Source: a virus (Duplodnaviria; Caudoviricetes). Taken from it: 54,590 nt of DNA. The translations under genes were made by a program, and so were the position numbers. The notes beneath the pieces are model-generated. The model saw only the letters and a list, made by a program, of their open reading frames with translations. It was not told where the DNA came from and did no database searches. The DNA lies in IMG/VR virus record IMGVR_UViG_3300006752_000035, positions 1 to 54,590 of that record. The stretch is one strand, 5' to 3'. How positions within the stretch are numbered: the first letter of the stretch is position 1; every line of letters begins with the position of its first letter. Of the stretch, positions 1 through 6,717 are shown in pieces.

Positions 1-116
1 GGATGTCAGACTACGATTATAACAAGTGGGATCGCGAAGGTGCTAATGCACATCAAGAACGAATGACAAACGGATTTAAGTTATTTGGAAAGTACTATGA
101 AAACCTCTGGGATTGA
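1..116 (+). CDS. C-terminal end of a conserved phage hypothetical protein (probably 5'-truncated)
   Basis: Frame from nt 3 reads ...GFKLFGKYYENLWD-TGA(114-116), a C-terminal motif typical of a widespread phage hypothetical family. Confidence 0.6.
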   Translation, partial: MSDYDYNKWDREGANAHQERMTNGFKLFGKYYENLWD

Positions 117-117
117 T

Positions 118-507
118 TTGGAAAATTTAGATAATACTACAACACAAGATGAATATAAAGAAGCGGCGAGCGCAACTCGTGCTCAAAGTCTTGCGATGGA
201 ATTGTCAAAAGAACGTAAGCGTTTAAAACAAGAGCTTGCCGAACTTCAAACTGAAGTTGACGACTTAACTCCTACTACTCCAACAGGCACACCAGACTGG
301 TATGTTAAATGGTTTAGTATGATAGGTGCTGTAATTGGTGTGTTCGCTCTAAGTGCAGGATTTACAATGTTTGGGCAAATAGCATATGTACTCAGCAGTT
401 GTGGATGGGTATATGTAGGTATGGCATGGAGTGACAGAGCAATCATGATAGGTAGTGCTATAAGCGGAACAGCAGTAATGATGAATATAGTAACAAGTAT
501 AACATGA
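118..507 (+). CDS. Membrane protein (N-terminal coiled coil plus 3 TM segments)
   Basis: ORF 85..507; TTG at 118 just after the upstream stop is a likelier start; hydrophobic helices follow DWYVKW. Confidence 0.65.
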   Translation: MENLDNTTTQDEYKEAASATRAQSLAMELSKERKRLKQELAELQTEVDDLTPTTPTGTPDWYVKWFSMIGAVIGVFALSAGFTMFGQIAYVLSSCGWVYVGMAWSDRAIMIGSAISGTAVMMNIVTSIT

Positions 508-938
508 AAAAATATTACATACTAGCAGGCGTGGTTTACACAGTGTTTATAGGCTTTATGGCAAGCTCTATACAACATAGAGTTACAATGGAGGAATTAA
601 GACCTCAGTATGAAGAGCAGTATTGTGAAATTGCATATGAATACACAGGCGAAGTAGACGGCGAACAATGGAATGAACTTTTTGAAATAGCAATAGAAGC
701 TCAAGAAGAACGAGACGAACTACAAGAACAAATAGACGAGGGAATAGACAAGTTATTAAAAGAAGATGGCGGCAGTGATGCTGACGCATACATTAGTTTA
801 TTCTATAACTTGTCAGACCCCATAAACTGGTTGTTTACATTTATAATTGCAACATTTATTGCCGCGTTCTATCTGGCATTTTACAGTTGCAAACTTGCAA
901 TCGAAAGACACTTTAAAGGAAATAGTAAAGACGAATGA
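504..938 (+). CDS. Hypothetical membrane protein
   Basis: ATGA overlap with upstream ORF; N- and C-terminal TM segments around an acidic middle. Confidence 0.7.
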   Translation: MKKYYILAGVVYTVFIGFMASSIQHRVTMEELRPQYEEQYCEIAYEYTGEVDGEQWNELFEIAIEAQEERDELQEQIDEGIDKLLKEDGGSDADAYISLFYNLSDPINWLFTFIIATFIAAFYLAFYSCKLAIERHFKGNSKDE

Positions 939-1090
939 AAAAAATAGCAGAATGGTTAGACATATGTAAAATGCACTGGAAAGAAATTTTTGCTCTTTCT
1001 TTTGCATTACATTTTATAATGGATTTACTAGTAATAGGACCTTTGTTCTTTTTACTAGGATACTTTTTTGGAATAGAGGCACAACACTAA
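935..1090 (+). CDS. Small membrane protein (51 aa, MKKIAEWLDICK...)
   Basis: Not in ORF track; ATGA and TAATG translational coupling on both sides. Confidence 0.65.
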   Translation: MKKIAEWLDICKMHWKEIFALSFALHFIMDLLVIGPLFFLLGYFFGIEAQH

Positions 1091-1335
1091 TGACTGACAT
1101 GTTTGAAGTAGACGACGAAGCAATTCGCAATCTTGTTATACTTGCAAAAGAAGGATCTGAGTTTGACCCTATTGATTGGGGTGATTTAAACATTACAGAA
1201 GAACAAGCCTACGTAATGATGGCAACTCATGTATTACAAATGGAAAGAAATCACTTGACAGATGGCGCAATCATTGTTAAACTACTAGTAGAGAACTTTG
1301 TATTAAACGTCAAACTATTAGGAAAGAGATCATGA
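1090..1335 (+). CDS. Hypothetical protein
   Basis: Coupled ORF in the operon, GAGG RBS upstream. Confidence 0.7.
   Translation: MTDMFEVDDEAIRNLVILAKEGSEFDPIDWGDLNITEEQAYVMMATHVLQMERNHLTDGAIIVKLLVENFVLNVKLLGKRS
1255..1283 (+). promoter_or_regulatory. Sigma70-type promoter inside ORF 1090..1335
   Basis: TTGACA-17-TAAACT with extended -10 TG. Confidence 0.5.
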
Positions 1336-1568
1336 ATCAAGATATTTACAGCACTACAGCAGAGTTGACAAATACTCGTACAGATGTTACAATAGAAGCT
1401 GAAGTAGCAGACTTAAGAGAAGAAGAGTCACTTAACGCATTTATTGCCGGTGAGAAAGTACATATGAAATGGACTGGCAGAATTTACGTAGGCAACGTAC
1501 ACGGAATGGAATTAATAACCACTGGTCCAAAATTAATTAGATCAGTTAACACAAAGGGGAGATATTAA
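1332..1568 (+). CDS. Hypothetical protein
   Basis: ATGA overlap with upstream ORF. Confidence 0.7.
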   Translation: MNQDIYSTTAELTNTRTDVTIEAEVADLREEESLNAFIAGEKVHMKWTGRIYVGNVHGMELITTGPKLIRSVNTKGRY

Positions 1569-1569
1569 A

Positions 1570-2187
1570 ATGCCACTAGTACCTATGGTAGTCGAGCAAG
1601 AAGCTCGCGGAGAACGATCATACGACATTTATAGTCGTTTGATGAAAGACAGAATTATTATGCTTAATGGTCCTGTAGAAGATAACATGGCTAATTTAAT
1701 TGTAGCGCAGATGCTATACTTAGAAAGTGAAAATCCTGAGCAAACAATTAACTTATATATCAACTCGCCAGGCGGCGCCGTAACAGCAGGACTTGCTATC
1801 TACGACACAATGCAATTCATCAAGTGTGATGTTAAAACTATTGTAATGGGTCAAGCATGTTCAATGGGATCGTTCCTAGCACAAGCAGGCACAGCAGGCA
1901 AGCGTGTAGTGTTGCCAGAGTCACGCACAATGATTCATAGAGTATCAAGTGGCACACGAGGAACAAGCGGCAGCGTACACGTACAAGAGCTACAGTTTGA
2001 AGATGCTCAACGTGCATTTGAAGAGTCGAAGAAAATAAACAAGCGTCTTACAGAGCTTTATGTTAAGCATAACAGTGTAGGTAAAGGATATGACGAACTG
2101 TTTGAAACTATGAAGTTTGACACATTCCTTACAGCAGAAGAAGCTGTTGAGCATGGACTTGCTGATAAAGTTGTCGAGAGTAGATAA
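1570..2187 (+). CDS. clpP: ATP-dependent Clp protease proteolytic subunit
   Basis: [28 protein letters not shown], catalytic Ser in GQACSMGS, His in MIHR, Asp in DTFLTAEEA. Confidence 0.97.
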   Translation: MPLVPMVVEQEARGERSYDIYSRLMKDRIIMLNGPVEDNMANLIVAQMLYLESENPEQTINLYINSPGGAVTAGLAIYDTMQFIKCDVKTIVMGQACSMGSFLAQAGTAGKRVVLPESRTMIHRVSSGTRGTSGSVHVQELQFEDAQRAFEESKKINKRLTELYVKHNSVGKGYDELFETMKFDTFLTAEEAVEHGLADKVVESR

Positions 2188-2378
2188 TGGAAGTAGCAAA
2201 TAAAGATCCAGGTAAGTTTCACTTTTATGTAAGCCTTGTAAAAAGTGCTGTACGTATTGTCGCAGGAGCCGCATTTATCGTAGGCGGATATTACTTAGAA
2301 GACTGGGGTACTTACATTATTCTAGGCGGTGCATTATTAATTGCCGCTGAGATATTAGGTATTTTGGAAGAACTATGA
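2187..2378 (+). CDS. Small membrane protein (HFYVSLVKS...AEILGILEEL)
   Basis: Coupled to clpP; two TM segments. Confidence 0.75.
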   Translation: MEVANKDPGKFHFYVSLVKSAVRIVAGAAFIVGGYYLEDWGTYIILGGALLIAAEILGILEEL

Positions 2379-2473
2379 AAAAACAAGACAAAAACTTATT
2401 AGTTAACTTTTCACCGTTCTTAATTGTAGCAGGAATAATGTTACTCATGTTAGTAGCATTGGAGGCAAACTAA
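2375..2473 (+). CDS. Small membrane peptide (32 aa)
   Basis: ATGA and TAATG overlaps on both sides; one TM segment. Confidence 0.55.
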   Translation: MKKQDKNLLVNFSPFLIVAGIMLLMLVALEAN

Positions 2474-2847
2474 TGAGCGCAGCCATACACAGAGTAGAAG
2501 AACTTAAACAAACTGTAGCAGACCTAAAAGGTATCCCAACTAGAGATGCTCTAATGGAAATGCTAAAGAAAGAAGTAGCAGTAGTTACATTTAAAAAACT
2601 AAATGGCGACGAACGTAAGATGCCCTGCACATTGATTCCACAGTTCCTTCCACCAGCTAAAAAAGATGATGCAATCACACAAAAGAAAGTTCGAGAAGTA
2701 TCAGACAAGGTTTGTGCTGTTTGGGCAGTTGAATCAAAAGGCTTCCGCAGTTTTAGATACGATCGTGTTACTGATGTTGAAGTTATCAACAAAGATGATT
2801 ATAAAGTAAGATTAGGAGAGTTTTGGAATGAGCAAAAAGAAGATTAA
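2473..2847 (+). CDS. SH3/Sm-like beta-barrel (WYL_2/DUF2693-like) protein
   Basis: VTFKKLNGDERKMPCTL...VWAVESKGFRSFRYDRV, a motif typical of this T4-like phage family. Confidence 0.75.
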   Translation: MSAAIHRVEELKQTVADLKGIPTRDALMEMLKKEVAVVTFKKLNGDERKMPCTLIPQFLPPAKKDDAITQKKVREVSDKVCAVWAVESKGFRSFRYDRVTDVEVINKDDYKVRLGEFWNEQKED

Positions 2848-3061
2848 TGGCGTGTCAGCAAGTTTTACATACCAGTATCCTAACTGGGATAATCAGTTTG
2901 TGAAAGCAATATTTGACCACAACGAAAAGCAACAGAAAATTGAAACTCAAAATACAATAGCCTGGATGGATTTTATCGAACAAGAGATCCAAGAAATGGA
3001 TAGTTACCCTGAAGCAGAAGCAATTATACAAAAGCTAACAGGGGTTGACGATGGTGAGTGA
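2828..3061 (+). CDS. Hypothetical protein
   Basis: GGAG RBS; part of the operon. Confidence 0.6.
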   Translation: MSKKKINGVSASFTYQYPNWDNQFVKAIFDHNEKQQKIETQNTIAWMDFIEQEIQEMDSYPEAEAIIQKLTGVDDGE

Positions 3062-3248
3062 TGATGTTATACTAGAACAGTTAATTTTAGATGACTTACG
3101 AGCTTGGGTACAATTAAACGTACTAGGTGGAGACGATATGTATGATCATTTAGACTTAGTAGAAGAAAATTTAGGCGAAGCAGCAAGAGAGAAAGAGTTA
3201 GACGAGTTAATGCAAACTTATTTTAGCGATCACATATTAAAAATATAG
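3051..3248 (+). CDS. Hypothetical acidic protein
   Basis: ORF 3045..3248; ATG at 3051 follows GGGG RBS. Confidence 0.6.
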   Translation: MVSDDVILEQLILDDLRAWVQLNVLGGDDMYDHLDLVEENLGEAAREKELDELMQTYFSDHILKI

Positions 3249-3256
3249 GAGTATAT

Positions 3257-3631
3257 ATGTTAGATTTAGATGGAATCAAAGATGGTAGGATTGAGTATTA
3301 CAAAAAGGACATTGATGATCCTTATACAGTAAATGGCTTCAACGGCACATGGGCTATTACAGAACATCGTAGAATTCCTGAAGTGTTGAGAGACTTTTTA
3401 CAATTTCATTTTGGAGTGATCCGTTTAAATAGAATTAAGATTGAAAAAATAAACGAAGCACTTAATGAGATTTGGGAAGGACCTGGATCACTTGAAAAAG
3501 TATTTAACAAACACAGAGAACTTCAGCAGTCAGGCAAAGATGTTAAAATCATGGCTAGTGATATTGCGAAAATAGTAGAAGAAGAAGAAGACCAGCCAGT
3601 TGCAGATGCAACACCTGGCTTAACTATATAA
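3257..3631 (+). CDS. Hypothetical protein
   Basis: AGGAG RBS. Confidence 0.7.
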   Translation: MLDLDGIKDGRIEYYKKDIDDPYTVNGFNGTWAITEHRRIPEVLRDFLQFHFGVIRLNRIKIEKINEALNEIWEGPGSLEKVFNKHRELQQSGKDVKIMASDIAKIVEEEEDQPVADATPGLTI

Positions 3632-3640
3632 GAGGTTACT

Positions 3641-4228
3641 ATGAACGGCTTTAGACGTTTGCAAGAACGACTTAAAGAGGAAGGTTGGTATTTAGGCTGG
3701 AATCACTATTGTTGTCAAACTTGTGCATGGATGGATGTACCTGATTACTTTGATGCTCAGTATGACGAAGAAGGATACCTGATCCGTGAAGACAAAGACG
3801 GTAATGAGATCGAATATAAAGAAGTTGATCTTAGTAAGGTACTGTTTAATCATTCGCAAGATTGCCAGTATGAGTTAGATGAAGAGTTTATGGACTTTCT
3901 TGGTGAGGATGCGGATCACGATGAGTTCTTCGAAGAGTATGAAGAAGCCCAATACGCAGAAGAATACGACAACGAAGAAGGCGCAATACTGGCAGTTTGT
4001 AAAAAGTATGGTGTGGAAGAAATCTACAACAATCAGCCTGAAGGATTATTAAGAGAAGGATCTTTTGTTTGTTACCCACCTGAACTACAAGATGAGTCAT
4101 TATTTTGTTTTGCAGGAGACAAGCCAGGTATAAAAAATCTTAAGGAAATATTACCAATTATTGAAGAATGCGGCTGTAACTGGCACTGGAACCAGAAAGG
4201 GGACAGTCGAATTAGCATTAGTTGGTAA
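3641..4228 (+). CDS. Acidic hypothetical protein with CCQTC motif (possible metal binding)
   Basis: GAGG RBS; NHYCCQTCAW; very Asp/Glu-rich. Confidence 0.75.
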   Translation: MNGFRRLQERLKEEGWYLGWNHYCCQTCAWMDVPDYFDAQYDEEGYLIREDKDGNEIEYKEVDLSKVLFNHSQDCQYELDEEFMDFLGEDADHDEFFEEYEEAQYAEEYDNEEGAILAVCKKYGVEEIYNNQPEGLLREGSFVCYPPELQDESLFCFAGDKPGIKNLKEILPIIEECGCNWHWNQKGDSRISISW

Positions 4229-4242
4229 GTACAGAGTGTTAT

Positions 4243-4318
4243 TCCGCGATAGCTCAGTTGGTAGAGCAAATGACTGTTAATCATTAGGTCCCTGGTTCGA
4301 GCCCAGGTCGCGGAGCCA
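4243..4318 (+). tRNA. tRNA-Asn(GTT)
   Basis: Full cloverleaf: acceptor TCCGCGA/TCGCGGA, anticodon arm AATGA-CTGTTAA-TCATT, TTCGAGC T-loop, encoded CCA. Confidence 0.97.
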
Positions 4319-4362
4319 CAAAGAAAGAAAGGAAATAGACAAACACACACAAGGAAACTAAA

Positions 4363-4674
4363 ATGAAAAGACTAGCAATAGCATTAACGCTGTTAGCAAC
4401 AACAGCAAACGCAACAGCAGAAGATAGGTTCGAAGGCATCAGACAACAATGGCAGACATGTGCCGCTTGTCACGGACCACAAGGACAAGGCGGTGTTGGA
4501 CCAACACTAGCTGGACAAGATGCAGAAGCAATTATACAAAAACTTATGGCTTATAAAAGAGGCGAAACTGTTGGACCAAGATCAGTAATGATGTGGAACA
4601 CAGCAAAGTCACTAACTGACGGACAGATTGGAACTATTGGAGTTTATGTCCAAGAAGGTTTTCCAAAGCAATAA
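4363..4674 (+). CDS. Secreted mono-haem class I cytochrome c (c553/c4-like)
   Basis: Signal peptide ending ANA-TA, CAACH haem motif, GPTLAGQ, distal Met in SVMM. Confidence 0.92.
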   Translation: MKRLAIALTLLATTANATAEDRFEGIRQQWQTCAACHGPQGQGGVGPTLAGQDAEAIIQKLMAYKRGETVGPRSVMMWNTAKSLTDGQIGTIGVYVQEGFPKQ

Positions 4675-4679
4675 ACATT

Positions 4680-4687
4680 TATAAATA
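4680..4687 (+). promoter_or_regulatory. T4-type late promoter TATAAATA
   Basis: Exact T4 late consensus, 5 nt before ATG 4693. Confidence 0.65.
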
Positions 4688-4692
4688 TCATT

Positions 4693-4767
4693 ATGAATAA
4701 GTGTCCAGAATGTAAGTTTGAACTAGACAGTAACGACTTTTGTCCGATCTGTAGAGTAAAAAGATAA
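4693..4767 (+). CDS. 24-aa zinc-ribbon micropeptide MNKCPECKFELDSNDFCPICRVKR
   Basis: Two CPxC motifs; directly after the late promoter; ends 1 nt before tRNA-Thr. Confidence 0.55.
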   Translation: MNKCPECKFELDSNDFCPICRVKR

Positions 4768-4768
4768 C

Positions 4769-4844
4769 GCCCTAGTAGCTCAGTTGGCAGAGCGCGACAT
4801 TTGTAATGTCGATGTCGGCGGTTCGAATCCGTCCTGGGGCTCCA
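4769..4844 (+). tRNA. tRNA-Thr(TGT)
   Basis: Acceptor GCCCTAG/CTGGGGC, anticodon arm CGACA-TTTGTAA-TGTCG, TTCGAAT T-loop, CCA. Confidence 0.96.
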
Positions 4845-4850
4845 TTTTTT

Positions 4851-4918
4851 GGAGACCGATGCTTTGGGGCTCTGGTATGAAGGCCAATAGAGAAGTTCAA
4901 CTCTTTTCGGCTCCACCA
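4851..4918 (+). ncRNA. tRNA-like element (68 nt; intact acceptor, T-arm and CCA; aberrant D and anticodon arms)
   Basis: GGAG(A)CCG/CGGCTCC-A-CCA; T-arm AGAAG-TTCAACT-CTTTT; mini D hairpin GCT-TTGG-GGC; TGGT-ATGAAG-GCCA with a 6-nt loop. Confidence 0.6.
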
Positions 4919-4927
4919 ACTTTATGG

Positions 4928-4956
4928 TTGACATCCTGTCAAACCTGTGCTAATAT
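4928..4956 (+). promoter_or_regulatory. Sigma70-type promoter
   Basis: TTGACA-17-TAATAT with extended -10 TG. Confidence 0.65.
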
Positions 4957-4989
4957 GAATTATAAGAAACAAAAAGAAAGGACCTTAAG

Positions 4990-5286
4990 ATGAGAGAATG
5001 GGTATATAATTGTTGGAATGTAGTAATGGATCACGAAACGAATCCACTAAGCAGTATTCCTGACTTTAGTACACGACATATGATTATGCAAGTCCTTGCA
5101 TGGATGTGGTGTATTGTTTTTGCTATTATAGTTGGTAGCATGTGGGCAGGTATTTTTAGCATGGTGTTACATGCATTGTTACTTGCCGCTATCGCAATCA
5201 CAGTAGCAACATTTGAAACAGCAAAACGCAAGCCCCAAGTATTTGGTGGATACAATGGCCGTGGTAAAGGTGGCGAGCATGAGTAA
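4990..5286 (+). CDS. Conserved phage membrane protein (paralog of 9039..9449)
   Basis: WNVVMD..NPLSSIPD..MQVLAWMW; two TM segments. Confidence 0.8.
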   Translation: MREWVYNCWNVVMDHETNPLSSIPDFSTRHMIMQVLAWMWCIVFAIIVGSMWAGIFSMVLHALLLAAIAITVATFETAKRKPQVFGGYNGRGKGGEHE

Positions 5287-5419
5287 TCCAAACGAACCAT
5301 ATCATAACAACGGTGCTATATTAGCATTTCTAGTTATTGCTTTTTTAATGGTAGCACTACCTGTTATTATCGGAACATCAATGGGTTGGTTTAACCTGTT
5401 TGGTATCTTGGGATTATAA
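5279..5419 (+). CDS. Small membrane protein (MSNPNEPYHNNG...)
   Basis: In-frame ATG within track ORF 5213..5419; hydrophobic. Confidence 0.6.
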   Translation: MSNPNEPYHNNGAILAFLVIAFLMVALPVIIGTSMGWFNLFGILGL

Positions 5420-5420
5420 T

Positions 5421-5573
5421 ATGTTTTATGTAGTGAATTTAAAGTCTGGAGGCATCATAGATGTCTATGACAGTTTAGGTGAAGCAAGTGAACTTGTTGA
5501 TAAACATCCAGAATGGACGATCATGATAAAATACAATGATCGATCAAGACTTAGAAACAAATATGGAAACTGA
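5421..5573 (+). CDS. Hypothetical protein (50 aa)
   Basis: Not in track; fills the gap between neighbouring genes (MFYVVNLKSGGIIDVYD...). Confidence 0.55.
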   Translation: MFYVVNLKSGGIIDVYDSLGEASELVDKHPEWTIMIKYNDRSRLRNKYGN

Positions 5574-5575
5574 AC

Positions 5576-5752
5576 ATGAGTGATAAAACATACTACTGCA
5601 CTACAAAAGGATTAGGATGGGCATTCTTGTGTATCGTCCTGTGCTTTACCGCCGTTCCAGTGTTGATGACACTTGCAATGGTTGGAACAGAAGACTATGC
5701 CAAGTATTGTAATATGGCAATCCACTTGCCGTGTTTCGGAATTGGAAAATAA
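5576..5752 (+). CDS. Small Cys-containing membrane protein (58 aa)
   Basis: MSDKTYYCTTKGLGWAFLCIVL...LPCFGIGK; tightly packed with neighbours. Confidence 0.6.
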   Translation: MSDKTYYCTTKGLGWAFLCIVLCFTAVPVLMTLAMVGTEDYAKYCNMAIHLPCFGIGK

Positions 5753-5755
5753 AGG

Positions 5756-5789
5756 TTGACAACTACTAAATAATAGTGTATTGTAAATA
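5756..5789 (+). promoter_or_regulatory. Promoter(s) of the leader/tRNA-Trp unit
   Basis: TTGACA(5756)-17-TATTGT(5779); late-type TAAATA at 5767 and 5784. Confidence 0.55.
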
Positions 5790-5818
5790 CACATAACAAG
5801 AACAAAAGGATTTTCAAC

Positions 5819-5878
5819 ATGATCAAGACTAATACAATTTATATTACAAATTGGCCACTGCAAAGGGGTATGTCTTGA
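5819..5878 (+). CDS. Putative attenuator leader peptide MIKTNTIYITNWPLQRGMS
   Basis: AAGGA SD at 5806-5810; single TGG at 5852-5854; 3' end overlaps the antiterminator strand. Confidence 0.65.
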   Translation: MIKTNTIYITNWPLQRGMS

Positions 5879-5914
5879 CATGACTTTTTAAAAAGTTATT
5901 TTAAGTAAGCCCCT
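5864..5914 (+). promoter_or_regulatory. Putative antiterminator hairpin
   Basis: AGGGGT(5864-69)/GCCCCT(5909-14), CTTGA/TTAAG and inner ATGACTTT/AAAGTTAT; mutually exclusive with the terminator. Confidence 0.6.
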
Positions 5915-5942
5915 AGCATTATTAGTGTTAGGGGCTTTTTTT
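5907..5942 (+). terminator. Rho-independent terminator immediately upstream of tRNA-Trp
   Basis: AAGCCCCTAGCAT-TATTA-GTGTTAGGGGCTT with a T7 tract at 5936-5942. Confidence 0.85.
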
Positions 5943-5944
5943 AT

Positions 5945-6018
5945 GGGTGTGAAGTGTTACGGTAGCACGTCAGTCTCCAAAACTGAAGGATAGAGTTCAA
6001 TTCTCTACACGCCCGCCA
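5945..6018 (+). tRNA. tRNA-Trp(CCA)
   Basis: Acceptor GGGTGTG/CACGCCC, anticodon arm TCAGT-CTCCAAA-ACTGA, T-arm TAGAG-TTCAATT-CTCTA, discriminator G, CCA. Confidence 0.93.
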
Positions 6019-6025
6019 AACAAGG

Positions 6026-6054
6026 TTGACATACCTATTGTTAGATTGTATAAT
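6026..6054 (+). promoter_or_regulatory. Sigma70-type promoter for tRNA-Arg
   Basis: Consensus TTGACA-17-TATAAT. Confidence 0.8.
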
Positions 6055-6063
6055 AAATTATAC

Positions 6064-6140
6064 GCGGCTGTAACTCAGCTGGATAGAGTACCTGGCTACG
6101 AACCAGGAAGTCAGGAGTTCGAATCTCTTCAGCCGCGCCA
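6064..6140 (+). tRNA. tRNA-Arg(ACG)
   Basis: Acceptor GCGGCTG/CAGCCGC, anticodon arm CCTGG-CTACGAA-CCAGG, TTCGAAT T-loop, CCA. Confidence 0.97.
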
Positions 6141-6153
6141 GTTAAATATACAC

Positions 6154-6675
6154 ATGTTCAGAACTGGATTTTACAACGACAAAGCATGTATGGTATTAAT
6201 ACCCAAGAATGCAAGTACAGCAATCTCTACATATATTGCTTGGAAACCCACCGACTATAAAGCTATCAACAGAAGAACATACATTGCTGTTTTTAGAGAT
6301 CCAGTAGACAGATGGATCAGTGGAGCAACCGAGTATCTTTGGCGTGGACAAAACTTTGACGGATTAGACATTACTACTGTGGATCTTGATCGTATACACC
6401 TAGACAAGCATACTGCTCCCCAACATACATTTATAGACATGTTAGACCCCAAAAGAACAAAGCTCTATCCGTTCGGACCTGATGTTCTCAAACAACTACA
6501 GGATGACTGGAATTGCTTCAGATCTACTGCACATATTAATATAGTAAACACTATAAACACCAATGAATCTAAGATTAAAGTTAGAGATTATGTAGTTGCT
6601 AATGCAAACTTCAATAAAATCAATGACTTTTACGCCAAAGATTTAGAGATATTTCGGTTGACAACTAGCACATAG
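6154..6675 (+). CDS. Sulfotransferase family protein (Sulfotransfer_2-like)
   Basis: IPKNASTAI (5'-PSB-like) and FRDPVDRWISG (3'-PB-like) motifs; start moved to ATG 6154, after tRNA-Arg and TAAATA. Confidence 0.75.
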   Translation: MFRTGFYNDKACMVLIPKNASTAISTYIAWKPTDYKAINRRTYIAVFRDPVDRWISGATEYLWRGQNFDGLDITTVDLDRIHLDKHTAPQHTFIDMLDPKRTKLYPFGPDVLKQLQDDWNCFRSTAHINIVNTINTNESKIKVRDYVVANANFNKINDFYAKDLEIFRLTTST

Positions 6676-6685
6676 ATGCTATAAT
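6658..6685 (+). promoter_or_regulatory. Sigma70-type promoter
   Basis: TTGACA-16-TATAAT with extended -10 TG. Confidence 0.75.
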
Positions 6686-6717
6686 AGTTATATTAATTAG
6701 GCAAAGAGGCGCATAAC

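Noticed and set aside
85-117. Start of track ORF at 85
   Set aside because: It overlaps the conserved C-terminus of the upstream gene ending at 116; TTG 118 or a later ATG fits better.
4851-4918. tmRNA (3' end CTCCACCA, internal GGGGCT)
   Set aside because: Far too short, with no tag reading frame or pseudoknots and no downstream 5' piece as in permuted tmRNA genes; kept only as a tRNA-like element.
4072-4993. Track ORFs 4072..4350(-), 4644..4934(-) and 4784..4993(+)
   Set aside because: They overlap tRNA-Asn, tRNA-Thr or the tRNA-like element; these are typical shadow ORFs of tRNA genes.
5612-5881. Minus-strand 89-aa ORF across the leader region
   Set aside because: No RBS or motif, and antisense to better-supported plus-strand ORFs (5576..5752 and the leader).
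5875-5902. Second promoter TTGACA-16-TATTTT inside the attenuator
   Set aside because: The -10 is poor and a transcript from it would still contain most of the terminator; the TTGA doubles as leader stop and antiterminator strand. Not excluded experimentally.
6046-6153. N-terminal extension of track ORF 6046..6675
   Set aside because: It runs through a promoter and the whole tRNA-Arg; the sulfotransferase more plausibly starts at ATG 6154.
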